Counted from the stretch's first letter, positions 9,366 to 18,945 are shown. The stretch is DNA of 38,935 bases from an uncultured Gammaproteobacteria bacterium (GCA_964444675.1 CAYUIC010000003.1:1-38935), one strand, 5' to 3'. Notes: generated by a model not told the origin, from the sequence alone. Program-made: numbers and translations.

Positions 9366-9428
9366 TTATATACCATGTGTCTTTCCAGTCTCCGGAGGGC
9401 CGAAAAAGACGATGATTGTTCGAGTCAT
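9366..9428 (-). pseudogene. adk 5' remnant mini-ORF, overlapping repeat copy 2 (9394-9430)
   Basis: Translates MTRTIIVFFGPPETGKTHGI*; first 12 residues match Adk. Confidence 0.75.
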
Positions 9429-9442
9429 ATTATTTTAGTATA

Positions 9443-12400
9443 TCATACCCCTGACTGGGTTTTATTTTTCAAATACTCTTCAAGATCATCTTCAAACTTA
9501 TTCATACTCTGTTCAATCAGCTTATCAAAATCCGGTGCGACATTAGTATGCTCATCTCCAAAAATATCGGCTATTTCACGGCGTTGTGATTCGTTGCCGA
9601 GTAAAATTGCCGAATACATATGCTCACCAAACCCACGCTCAGAATCATTAATTTGCAAAAAATTCTTGATGTTTTGAGCGTTACCGCATGTATCGCCGCC
9701 ATCGCCGACAAAATAAAAGGCTGAAGCATAATCAGGAAATTCTGTAGTCTGTTCGTTAAGATCATGAGCGGCTTTTTTTATCCCGTCCAACATATTAGTG
9801 CCGCCACTTGTTTGCACCCTTTCCATCAAGCGAGCTTTTATAGTTGAGGCCGGTCCATCTTTAAAATCATAACGACGTGGCGATTCATATTCCTGATCAA
9901 ACTTTTTAATTTCAGTAATAGTATCGGAAAAGGTATCAATAGAAAAACGGATATAACCGAATTCTTCGGAAATTTTGTTGAATAACTCTGAATAAAATAT
10001 TAAAAGCTTACGAGCACTTTCAAGTTTTGGACCGCTCATTGAACCCGATACATCCACCAGAATTGAAGCCATGAAACGCGGTTTAATCGAAGGTCTAATC
10101 TGTCGCGGATTTTTAACAATACCAAATAACAAATTACGAGGTTTCATTACGGAACGTCGATTAAAGGAGCCCTGGCGTGTCAGAGAATCTTCATCTATCT
10201 CGACATCTTCCTGATGAGGCAAACGCTCGGCAAAATAACGAAACCACTCTTCAACCAATGGTTTAATTTCTTCCTGAATCCTTTCATATGCATCATATAA
10301 CCCTCGTTCGCGTTCTATTTCTTTCTGCAGTTTATCAAGTTCTTCAAGTTTTTTTTGATCAAATTTCTCAAGCAACTTTTCCAGCTTCTTTTCATCCATA
10401 AAACCGTCGTCCGTCATTTTCTCAAGCGACTCCTTCATGGCGTCTAGCATTTGTTCCTCTTTGGCTTCAAGTTTATCTTCCAACTCTTGCTTCATTTCAT
10501 CCAATAAATCACTTTGTTCAATCTCCTTAGACATTTCAGCTAGATCATTAAATTTTTGCGTTTCGTTCAACTTTTCAATCAATGACTCTTTTAATTTTTC
10601 CATCTTATCCATTTGATCCTTTGCGTGCTCAAGTTGCTGTTCAGCGGTTTGCATTTCCGCATCACTCGCCCGCTGCATCTGATCCAGCGGGTTGCCGGAT
10701 TCAGTGGATGAGGTCTGGTCAGATTTTTGATCAGCTTTTGTATCAGTCTTTTCCGTTTCACCTTTTTCTCCTTGTCTGGATTGCGGAGGCGCATCAATAC
10801 CGCCGTCATCAGCCTCGGGCGCTGATTCTTTTTTTGTTTCTTCATCTTGCGTCTTCTCTTCTTTTTTCTTATCTTCGGGCTTAGCCTGCGGCGTGGCGTC
10901 AAAACGTCGCCACTGAGTGCCGTCCCAAATCTCTGACCATGCATGACCAGTTTGTCCGGTAATTGAAGATTTACCTTCTTTTGACCCTTCTACCTTGTGT
11001 CCGACAACCAAGCGCGACGGAATACCTGAACGACGCGCCAAAGCCACAAACTTAGTGTTAGCCGAATAACATTCAAGATATTCAGAAGTATCTATATTTT
11101 GTAAATAATTTTCTGCACTTGATTCGCTTCTGAGTTTGTATTGTAAAGCTTGCGCCGCGTTTAAATCGCCACCGCCGGGATAAAAATGGTTCGCCAGCAT
11201 ATATTGGCGTAGCTGTTCGGCTTTTTGCAACGGAGAACCAACTAAACGTTTTAGACACTGCTCGGTTTTTTCGGAAAAAGATTGATCTGTTAATAATGCG
11301 AGATCTTCATTAACCGGCTTATTGATAAATACCTTGTCTTCTTTAACAAATTCAACTGAAAACGAGCCATTACCCTTGGCTTCAAGATAGAAACAACCAT
11401 TTTGATCACGCAGTAGTTTAATGGTTCCTCCACTAACTTTTAATGAAGCGTTATCTAGGCAATAACCAGTTGGGAGTGGTAGGGATTTCAAGCCGGTGTC
11501 AAACACACCGGAGATGCCAAAACGATTTTTATTTGTATGTTCGGTGGAATAAGGTGTTAGGTTTTTTTTCTTGCTCCAGGTTTTCCTTGCGCTATCATAA
11601 TAACTTTTTTTACCACTAGCATAATAGCCTCCTAGGGGCGGTGTAATTTCAAAAATTGGCTGTTCCTTAATTTTTTCTTTACCTTGTTCTCCACTGCTGG
11701 GCGGAGTGTGATATTCATCAGAATCTTCGGGTGGAATGGCGGGATCTTCGGGCAAACCAGGATTCACTGCTTCTTCTTTATATTGTTCAAGTTCTTTTTC
11801 AAGCTCCTTCATTGATTCGCTTGATTCTTGGGGCTCAGACTTACGTTCCACTTTTATTAATTCCTTTTCAAGTGATTTAATTAAATCACTATAGCTTGCT
11901 TCATTACCGCTATGGATATAATCTTGGTACGGTTTTTGAATTTTATTAAAAAGATCTCGCTCGACACCCGACAAAGCACTTAAAGCTCGATCGCGGTCTT
12001 CAGCCGCCGTTAAATGCAAATCTTCACTAATCCAGCTTAGTTTTAAAGTCTTTAACACTTTTTCAAAAGCGGTTTGAGTTGATAAACGCGCTTTAATGTC
12101 TGATGCTTCGGTTTCCAATGTTTTCTCAATCTGCGCTCGACCAGTATAACCGTAGGCATCCATCATTTTCTTTTGAATACGCGCTTGGGTAAGTTCATTA
12201 TAAATTTGGGTCAAATCATGCAATGAAGCTCCGCTTTCCCTCATTGATTCAATGAAATCAGCATATCGTTCATAATCGTAATGCTTAATGAATGAACTAA
12301 GGTCGCGGATTTTTGCTCCCACCTGATTAAGACCTTGGTCCTTAATATCATCAATATTATAAAAAAGCGCGTCCGGTTTAATATCGCCGGCAACATCAGC

Positions 12401-12610
12401 GGCACTATATTGTCCGCTCATTAAACCAGTTAATTTATCAGAGCGTTCCTCGTCACCCAACTTGTAATGTAAAGCCCAATCTTTCCCGGGCAAGACCGTA
12501 ATGCCTGATTCCGCGCTTTGTTCAGCTAAAAAAAGCATTTCACGTGTCAACGCAAAATTTGCTTTCTTGTCTGTTGGATTGATGAGCTCTTCGCCCCAAT
12601 GTTCTTTCAT
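9443..12610 (-). CDS. Transglutaminase-like domain + acidic linker/coiled coil + C-terminal vWA protein
   Basis: ECYSANTKFVALARRSGIPSRLVVG, GHAWSEIW, RFDATP (Cys-His-Asp); MIDAS DVSGS..SGGTN..FVGDG. Confidence 0.88.
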   Translation of the reverse strand: MKEHWGEELINPTDKKANFALTREMLFLAEQSAESGITVLPGKDWALHYKLGDEERSDKLTGLMSGQYSAADVAGDIKPDALFYNIDDIKDQGLNQVGAKIRDLSSFIKHYDYERYADFIESMRESGASLHDLTQIYNELTQARIQKKMMDAYGYTGRAQIEKTLETEASDIKARLSTQTAFEKVLKTLKLSWISEDLHLTAAEDRDRALSALSGVERDLFNKIQKPYQDYIHSGNEASYSDLIKSLEKELIKVERKSEPQESSESMKELEKELEQYKEEAVNPGLPEDPAIPPEDSDEYHTPPSSGEQGKEKIKEQPIFEITPPLGGYYASGKKSYYDSARKTWSKKKNLTPYSTEHTNKNRFGISGVFDTGLKSLPLPTGYCLDNASLKVSGGTIKLLRDQNGCFYLEAKGNGSFSVEFVKEDKVFINKPVNEDLALLTDQSFSEKTEQCLKRLVGSPLQKAEQLRQYMLANHFYPGGGDLNAAQALQYKLRSESSAENYLQNIDTSEYLECYSANTKFVALARRSGIPSRLVVGHKVEGSKEGKSSITGQTGHAWSEIWDGTQWRRFDATPQAKPEDKKKEEKTQDEETKKESAPEADDGGIDAPPQSRQGEKGETEKTDTKADQKSDQTSSTESGNPLDQMQRASDAEMQTAEQQLEHAKDQMDKMEKLKESLIEKLNETQKFNDLAEMSKEIEQSDLLDEMKQELEDKLEAKEEQMLDAMKESLEKMTDDGFMDEKKLEKLLEKFDQKKLEELDKLQKEIERERGLYDAYERIQEEIKPLVEEWFRYFAERLPHQEDVEIDEDSLTRQGSFNRRSVMKPRNLLFGIVKNPRQIRPSIKPRFMASILVDVSGSMSGPKLESARKLLIFYSELFNKISEEFGYIRFSIDTFSDTITEIKKFDQEYESPRRYDFKDGPASTIKARLMERVQTSGGTNMLDGIKKAAHDLNEQTTEFPDYASAFYFVGDGGDTCGNAQNIKNFLQINDSERGFGEHMYSAILLGNESQRREIADIFGDEHTNVAPDFDKLIEQSMNKFEDDLEEYLKNKTQSGV

Positions 12611-12614
12611 GATG

Positions 12615-15600
12615 TTAAGCCCTTACTCGCTTTTGGGAAGACCAGGTCGCCATTGTTGTTTTAATTTTTGCTTGGTCTTCTTTTTTATCAATATGGCTTA
12701 AGTAAAATTTGTCCAAAAGTTCACGAGCCACCGCTTCGGGATTGGTAGAAATTTTTTCTTCATCGCTGAGCTTACTTAATGCATAAGCGCATCGGCGTAA
12801 TTCACGACCGGTTACCGGTTGAGTAACCGGTAAAGCATTTTTTGCGTCACGGCTTTTTTCAAAATTCTTAATAAAGTCGTCGCGCAGTTTATTGGTAAAT
12901 TGAACTAAAGCAAGAATTACCTCAACATCAAACTTTTGCACGCTGCTCATTTCCTGCGCACCGTTTTCAAGTCCGTTAATATAATGATCCCAGACTTTTA
13001 TAAACTCGTTACGCTCAAGATTAGCTTCGTAGGTCAAATCAGACAGCGAATCAACGCTACGGGCAATACGCAAAGCCTCTGACGGATTATAGGGTTGATT
13101 CGGGTTATTATCATCTTTTTCTTTAATACCATACAGCGGTGGGTAATTAATTTCTAGCGATACCATACGGCTCTTAGTAGCGAATTGCGGATCAAAAGTT
13201 CCGGGATAATTCGGGTTCATTGAGCTGGCTAATAAAACACTCGGCTGAGCGCGTATAACTTTGCCTGAACTGGTTTTTAAAGTAAGCGACCGTTTTTCGT
13301 CCATTAAAGCATGAAGGAAAATCTGCGCCTGTTCCGGCATGGCGTTAAATTCGTTAAAGTAAACAATGGATCCCGCTGTTGTAATACCATTTAAAACCGT
13401 TGAAGGAACTTTAACAGTCTGCGAGGCGCCGTCTTTTGATTCCAACATCACGTCTTCAGACAGCTCAAACTCGGTTGTCCACTTCGTACAATCGATTCCA
13501 AAATATGGACGCTTAGTTAAATTAGAAAACATCTTCATTACAACATCCTTACCGGTACCAGCATGACCTTTTAGGTTAAGTAAACCTTCTTGCAGATCAA
13601 GTTGCATCTTAAAAGCTTCAGCAATTTTTTCCAGATCTTCCTCGGTCTGAGGATCAACCACCCAGTGACTCTGCCATTCAGGCACATACCCTTTGCCATT
13701 AGTAAATTCTAGCTCGGGTTCGTGCTTCAACTCGTCAACGCGCTTCAACAAATTAATGTGATGCTTGGCACAGAATTCAGCATAAGCTTTCAACTTTTCC
13801 TTATATTCCTCTTGCCATTTGTCATCAACTGCAGCCTGGCGTTCGCTAATTTTTTCTCTCTTGCTATATAAGGCTGATAACTCTTCGCGTTTTTTATTAT
13901 CTTCCTCACGCAACTTTGACTTTTCTTCATTCGTCCAATCAAGATATTCCTTCTTGATATTTTTAAATTCAGAAGCATTAACATACGAAGGAGGTATGGT
14001 CTCACCCAGATAAGTCTTTAATCCAAGGCGCCACTCGTTCTCGTCTTCCCAGCCCTCATAGAGCCGAACGTTATGCAAAGTCCCTGTTGAAGTTCTGATT
14101 AATAAATTAACATCTCCATAAATATCAGCTGGTTTAGTGCCTGGTCCATAGCTTTTTTTGTTCTCCTCAAAATTCAAATCAATTTTATATGCAACTTTCT
14201 CTTTCACTTTTGCTTCATATTTTGGGAAGGAGGTATTACCAAGCATAATCATTTGTTGTCCGGTTCCAGCAATCTTTGTGCGATCGCCTCGCTCAATTTC
14301 TGTCAACTGATTGGCAATCTTGACCTTTAAAAGCCGACTCAACTCTTTGGACAAATCAGGGTTGTCATTCGCCAAAGCTTCAATCTCAATTTCAATCGCT
14401 TTGCGAGCTTCACTTGAATTTGTATATTGTTCGGCTTCATGACGTGCGTTAAAATTCTTATCATTTACTCGCTCAATCAAACTATCAATTTCATGTTTTA
14501 AATTCTCGACAGTTGTATCAATACGCTCTGCCGCTTTTTCACGCACTTTTGCATATTCTTCCTTAAATTTTAATTCATATTTTTCTTTCAAGTCCTGAAG
14601 CTGCGTTCTTGCTACCATAACCGCCTTATAGGCTTCTTCTGCTTCCAACGGTATATCACGAAGCATATTGCCCAAAGTCAATCGTAATTGCGGATAGCGA
14701 AATTCAACCCAATCGTCCATCTGAAACTTGCTTGAAAAAGCAGCTAGCTCTTCTGTGCTTCGACTAATTACACTATTAATATCTGTAATAATCTCTCCTC
14801 CACGCAGTTTAAATAGTTCGCGCGTTCTTTCTTCATACAACAATTTCAATTTCCCTAAAGCTTCGCGTAAATCAGTCGGCAACAATGGCTCAATGGACTG
14901 TAGAGTTGTCAAACCGGTTTTTATTTCGGCAATAACGCTAAAGGACAAATTAGTCCCAAGCTTATGATTGAGAGCGTCGATTTCTGTCCGGGCCTCGGCC
15001 TCAGCAAATTCCTTCTCTTTAGCTACAAGCGGTTCTTCAAGCCCCTCGAGAAGAAAATTAACTTCTTCAGGCTGAAGACCTTTGCTTCTAAGCTGAGCCT
15101 GTACCCGACTAAAATTTTCTCGCGCCTTGCGTGCTAATTCCGGTGTGATAATTTTTTCCAATGACTCTTCAAGCTGAATCTTAATATCATCCCGTAGTTT
15201 TTCTAAATGCTCGAAACCCCGCACAGGATCCTTTTCTTTAGAAGCCTCAATATCAAAAATATTACTAATATCAATAGTGCCAACAATCTGCTTGGCACGT
15301 TCTTTAGCTAGCTTGTCAGCCAAATCCTTAAAGTTCACTTCATAAATAACTAGATAGCCATCTTTGTCAATCGCTCTAATACGCTCCTGGCTGTCAAAAT
15401 TAACTTCTCTTAGCCCCGGAACTCTCTTAACTTCTTCTAAAGTATCTTTGGCTAAAACCACTAAATCATTATTGGAATAAAAAAGGAAAAAATTTCCGCT
15501 CGGATCAAGTTGTAAATTATTAATACTGTCATAGGTATTTTTTAATTCAACCTTAACCATTTGCCAGCTGGACGCATCACCATTCATATCGAGGCGATGG

Positions 15601-16442
15601 ATATGCTGTGGATTTGAAGAGCGGCAATAATATAATAAGTCTTTATTATTGGCATCAACGACTAAATTTTGTTCGATGGACGGAACATGATCCTGGAATA
15701 CTGGTTTAGATTTTAAATTGTCGCTCTGTAAAATACTAATACCAACGTCATTCACCAACGCCGTATATTGATTGTTTAATTCCTTGTAACCGTCATAACG
15801 TAACTGTAGAGACTCTAAATAATGTTTTAAATCCTCGGGCGGATTATAAAGATCAACTTCCTGCCAGTTCTCTGGTTCGCTGGGAATACCATTCTCAGTT
15901 TGGGTTAAATAAACCTTTGCCAAACCATTCTCAGCATACTCCACAAAATATTTACCATTCTGCTGAATATCTAAATGCTTGAGTTGAATGTTTTCGTCTC
16001 TATAATACAGTTGACCGCCATAAATATTCGTATCGGTACTTAAATAATTTTTGTTGTTTGTGGTCAAAAAATCTTTTAAAAACCTTTGTAAAAAGATTGG
16101 AGTTTCAGCCACTGTTTTATGTGGGTCCAGATAGCCCCCGGAGCTAGAATCAGCTCTGAGCTCTTTAATTTTTAAATTTTTAAAAATATTCTGCCATTGC
16201 AATAGAAGTGTTTGGCTAAACCTTTTTAAAAGTTGAGCATTTTCATCATAAAGTTGAACGTCAGTTAAACCATCAACTGACACGAATGTGAAGGTATTCC
16301 AGGAACGAACCGCTTCAACTTTCTTAGCTGTATTAACCACTGGTTTTTCAGATTTAACAATTTCTTTTAACTCTAAAATATCATTCTCATGATTTTTTAA
16401 ATTTTCTTGATTGTAGTCTAAATTAGGTAATTTTTCGCTCAT
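12615..16442 (-). CDS. Large MoxR/CbbQ/NorQ-like AAA+ ATPase with N-terminal beta-rich and coiled-coil regions (start placed at ATG 16442)
   Basis: LNLKGHAGTGKD, IVYFNEFN, LLASSMNPNYPGT, ATKSRM, lid TGRELRR. Confidence 0.85.
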   Translation of the reverse strand: MSEKLPNLDYNQENLKNHENDILELKEIVKSEKPVVNTAKKVEAVRSWNTFTFVSVDGLTDVQLYDENAQLLKRFSQTLLLQWQNIFKNLKIKELRADSSSGGYLDPHKTVAETPIFLQRFLKDFLTTNNKNYLSTDTNIYGGQLYYRDENIQLKHLDIQQNGKYFVEYAENGLAKVYLTQTENGIPSEPENWQEVDLYNPPEDLKHYLESLQLRYDGYKELNNQYTALVNDVGISILQSDNLKSKPVFQDHVPSIEQNLVVDANNKDLLYYCRSSNPQHIHRLDMNGDASSWQMVKVELKNTYDSINNLQLDPSGNFFLFYSNNDLVVLAKDTLEEVKRVPGLREVNFDSQERIRAIDKDGYLVIYEVNFKDLADKLAKERAKQIVGTIDISNIFDIEASKEKDPVRGFEHLEKLRDDIKIQLEESLEKIITPELARKARENFSRVQAQLRSKGLQPEEVNFLLEGLEEPLVAKEKEFAEAEARTEIDALNHKLGTNLSFSVIAEIKTGLTTLQSIEPLLPTDLREALGKLKLLYEERTRELFKLRGGEIITDINSVISRSTEELAAFSSKFQMDDWVEFRYPQLRLTLGNMLRDIPLEAEEAYKAVMVARTQLQDLKEKYELKFKEEYAKVREKAAERIDTTVENLKHEIDSLIERVNDKNFNARHEAEQYTNSSEARKAIEIEIEALANDNPDLSKELSRLLKVKIANQLTEIERGDRTKIAGTGQQMIMLGNTSFPKYEAKVKEKVAYKIDLNFEENKKSYGPGTKPADIYGDVNLLIRTSTGTLHNVRLYEGWEDENEWRLGLKTYLGETIPPSYVNASEFKNIKKEYLDWTNEEKSKLREEDNKKREELSALYSKREKISERQAAVDDKWQEEYKEKLKAYAEFCAKHHINLLKRVDELKHEPELEFTNGKGYVPEWQSHWVVDPQTEEDLEKIAEAFKMQLDLQEGLLNLKGHAGTGKDVVMKMFSNLTKRPYFGIDCTKWTTEFELSEDVMLESKDGASQTVKVPSTVLNGITTAGSIVYFNEFNAMPEQAQIFLHALMDEKRSLTLKTSSGKVIRAQPSVLLASSMNPNYPGTFDPQFATKSRMVSLEINYPPLYGIKEKDDNNPNQPYNPSEALRIARSVDSLSDLTYEANLERNEFIKVWDHYINGLENGAQEMSSVQKFDVEVILALVQFTNKLRDDFIKNFEKSRDAKNALPVTQPVTGRELRRCAYALSKLSDEEKISTNPEAVARELLDKFYLSHIDKKEDQAKIKTTMATWSSQKRVRA

Positions 16443-16535
16443 ATATAAGATTTGGTAAGTTGTTAGTGACTCACAACAGTTTATATTTAAAGTATATCCT
16501 ATAAACAACAGGCATGTAAATTAAATTAATCTATT

Positions 16536-16564
16536 ATTATTAAATATAAATTTGAATTTGTCAA
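16536..16564 (-). promoter_or_regulatory. Probable promoter of the AAA/vWA operon
   Basis: TTGACA-N17-AATAAT just downstream of the secY terminator; -10 imperfect. Confidence 0.5.
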
Positions 16565-16571
16565 GGATAAC

Positions 16572-16605
16572 AAAAACCCCTCTCCGTTTTAGCGGAGAGG
16601 GGTTT
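16572..16605 (-). terminator. Rho-independent terminator after secY
   Basis: AAACCCCTCTCCG/CGGAGAGGGGTTT stem with T-run on the minus strand. Confidence 0.85.
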
Positions 16606-16615
16606 AATAGCTTAC

Positions 16616-17884
16616 TTAGTTTACGTCGTATTCTCTCATCGTCAACTGCGATTCTATCTGTTTAACCGTTTCAATAACTACTGCAACGACGATCAAGAGA
16701 GAGGTTCCGCCGATGGCCAGGGATTGAATACCGGTGAAATAGCGCATAACCAAAGGCAAAATAGAAATGGTGCTCAAGAACAAAGCGCCAATAAAGATGA
16801 TGCGCCGAGTCGTATAGGCAATATACTGACTCGTATGAAGCCCCGGACGAATACCGGGAATAAAACCTCCTTGTTTCTGGAGATTTTCGGCAATGCGATT
16901 CGGATGAAATACAATTTCGGTATAAAAATAAGTAAAAACAAATACCAATACGAAGTAAATAATACCGTAAATCAGCTGGTCTTGGAATAAAGTAATTGTT
17001 TGTTTCGCAATTGAAGCAAGCATTGCGCTTTTGGCATTAACAAAAAACTGAGCAATGGTCGGCGGGAAAAGGATAACGGAAATTGCAAAGATAATTGGAA
17101 TAACGCCGGCCATGTTAACACGTAAAGGCAAATGCGAGGTATTGCCGCCAAAGGCGCGTTGGCCGCGTACCTGACGAGCATACTGGATAGGAATATTGCG
17201 CTGTCCTTCATTAATGATAACAACTCCGACAACCGTAATAATCGCTATCACCGCAAAGCCGATGATTGTGAAAAGCATTGAAGGATCATAGTTTACAAAT
17301 ACTTGCTGCAGAGTTGAAGGCAGTGAAGCGACAATGCCCGCAAAAATCAACAGTGAAATACCGTTGCCGATTTTCTTCTCGGAAATCAATTCTCCAATCC
17401 ACATAAGGAATACCGTACCGGCGGTAATGGTTACAATCATTGCGACATGGTCAAATAAGGACAAATTACCGATAATGCCAGCCGAAGAACTGCGCAATAA
17501 ATTAATCATGGCAAATGACTGAAGCGCAGCCAAAGGAACGGTTGCCCAACGGGTCCACATATTTATTTTCTGGCGTCCGGCTTCTTCCTTGTTCATTTCT
17601 TCAATCGCCGGAATAATCATGCCCAAAACTTGGAAAATAATGGACGCGGTGATATAGGGACCGACGCCCATCATGACGATAGAAAAGTTTTCCATACCGC
17701 CTCCGGAGAAAAGGTTTAACAAACCGAAAATCTGGTTAGAGGAAAAAAAGGCGCGCAAAGCTTCCGGATCCACTCCCGGAACCGGGATATGGGCCGCAAT
17801 ACGGAAAATAACCAACATCGCCAGCACGAATAAGATGCTGTTGCGCAGGTCGCGAGTTTTCCAGATCGCTAAGAAGCGTTCCAT
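16616..17884 (-). CDS. secY: Preprotein translocase subunit SecY
   Basis: HIPVPG, GVGPYITASII, GIGNGISL-like KIGNGISLLIFAGI, AGVIPIIFA, GFIPGIRPG, GGTSLLIVV. Confidence 0.98.
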   Translation of the reverse strand: MERFLAIWKTRDLRNSILFVLAMLVIFRIAAHIPVPGVDPEALRAFFSSNQIFGLLNLFSGGGMENFSIVMMGVGPYITASIIFQVLGMIIPAIEEMNKEEAGRQKINMWTRWATVPLAALQSFAMINLLRSSSAGIIGNLSLFDHVAMIVTITAGTVFLMWIGELISEKKIGNGISLLIFAGIVASLPSTLQQVFVNYDPSMLFTIIGFAVIAIITVVGVVIINEGQRNIPIQYARQVRGQRAFGGNTSHLPLRVNMAGVIPIIFAISVILFPPTIAQFFVNAKSAMLASIAKQTITLFQDQLIYGIIYFVLVFVFTYFYTEIVFHPNRIAENLQKQGGFIPGIRPGLHTSQYIAYTTRRIIFIGALFLSTISILPLVMRYFTGIQSLAIGGTSLLIVVAVVIETVKQIESQLTMREYDVN

Positions 17885-17889
17885 AGGAA

Positions 17890-18330
17890 TTATTTAGTTA
17901 CTAAAACGGCGCCGCTCGCTTTCAATTTCTCTTCAGCCGCTTTACTGACACTGACATCTTTGAAATGTAAATTCTTAACTTTCAATTCGCCGCGTGACAA
18001 AATCTTTACTCTGCCGTGGTGCTGAATCAAGCCGGCACGCAATAGAGTCTTCGGGTTAACCAAAGCTCCGTCTTTAAACGCTAAGTTCAAATCGTCAAAA
18101 TCAACAGTTTCATTCTTGGTCTGATATGATCTGAAACCGCGCTTTTTCGGGATAGCCAGCAATTGTTTCTTCATACCGAGGCGCTTCAAACCTGAAACAC
18201 CGGAACGTGATTTCTGTCCTTTTAAACCGCGAGTTGAATAAGTTCCGTGTCCTGAAGCGTTACCGCGTCCGACACGTTTGCGGCTCTTGGCTTTGAAATT
18301 GCCTTTTAAGTTTGATAATGAAAGAGTCAT
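17890..18330 (-). CDS. rplO: 50S ribosomal protein L15
   Basis: KRVGRGNASGHGTYSTRGLKGQKSRSG; position. Confidence 0.96.
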   Translation of the reverse strand: MTLSLSNLKGNFKAKSRKRVGRGNASGHGTYSTRGLKGQKSRSGVSGLKRLGMKKQLLAIPKKRGFRSYQTKNETVDFDDLNLAFKDGALVNPKTLLRAGLIQHHGRVKILSRGELKVKNLHFKDVSVSKAAEEKLKASGAVLVTK

Positions 18331-18336
18331 ACAATT

Positions 18337-18915
18337 TTATTCTTTGACTGCTTCAGCCTTCTTGTCGTTTTTAGAAACGCGTGGCTGTTTGAGGTTCTTT
18401 AAGGCAATCATAACACATTTGGCGTTATTTACCTTATTGTTGGTTCCGAGAACTTTTGACGAAACGTTGTTAACACCGCTCAATTCAAAAATGGTGCGGA
18501 CAATACCTCCGGCAATAATACCGCGTCCCAAAGCGGCCGGTTTCAACATAACGCGAGCGGCTCCGAATTTTTGATCAATGGCATGAGGGATGGTTTGGCG
18601 GACAATCGGCACAGTAATTAAATCTTTCTTAGCCTGGTTAACAGCCTTGGCAACAGCCAAAGTAACGTCGGCTCCTTTAGCCAAACCGATAGCGACCTTA
18701 CCTTTCTTATTACCGATAGCGACGCAAGCGCGAAAACGCATGCGCTTACCTCCAGCCATAACACGGGTGACGCGAGCAATGTCGATGATCTTCTGTTCAA
18801 ATTCATCAGGCACGCGTTCTTCGCGTTGCGGACGACGTCCGCCGCGTGACGGCATACGGCGACCACGATTGGCACCGGCTTTAGTTGCTTCTGTTTTCTT
18901 TGTCTCTTCAGTCAT
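18337..18915 (-). CDS. rpsE: 30S ribosomal protein S5
   Basis: RVTRVMAGGKRMRF, LKPAALGRGIIAGG. Confidence 0.97.
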   Translation of the reverse strand: MTEETKKTEATKAGANRGRRMPSRGGRRPQREERVPDEFEQKIIDIARVTRVMAGGKRMRFRACVAIGNKKGKVAIGLAKGADVTLAVAKAVNQAKKDLITVPIVRQTIPHAIDQKFGAARVMLKPAALGRGIIAGGIVRTIFELSGVNNVSSKVLGTNNKVNNAKCVMIALKNLKQPRVSKNDKKAEAVKE

Positions 18916-18922
18916 ATAATTA

Positions 18923-18945
18923 TTATCAGTGTTATCAGTGGTCTA
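18923..18945. repeat. Dispersed 23-bp repeat, copy A
   Basis: TTATCAGTGTTATCAGTGGTCTA, 21/23 identical to the reverse complement of 22591-22613. Confidence 0.75.

Noticed and set aside
9375-9677. Plus-strand ORF sharing RAEKDDDCSSHI with ORF 8385-8618
   Set aside because: By-product of the 37-bp adk duplication read on the antisense strand
9443-16442. Cobaltochelatase CobS/CobT or Rubisco/NO-reductase activase assignment
   Set aside because: No client genes nearby, and the extra propeller-like, coiled-coil and transglutaminase regions do not fit those families
16459-16477. Short imperfect palindrome GTTGT-TAGTGACTC-ACAAC in the AAA gene leader
   Set aside because: Too short and single-copy to call an operator
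8606-16570. Whole secY-adk insert as a prophage or transposon
   Set aside because: No integrase, transposase or phage structural genes; the direct repeat flanks only the small orphan unit, not the AAA/vWA pair
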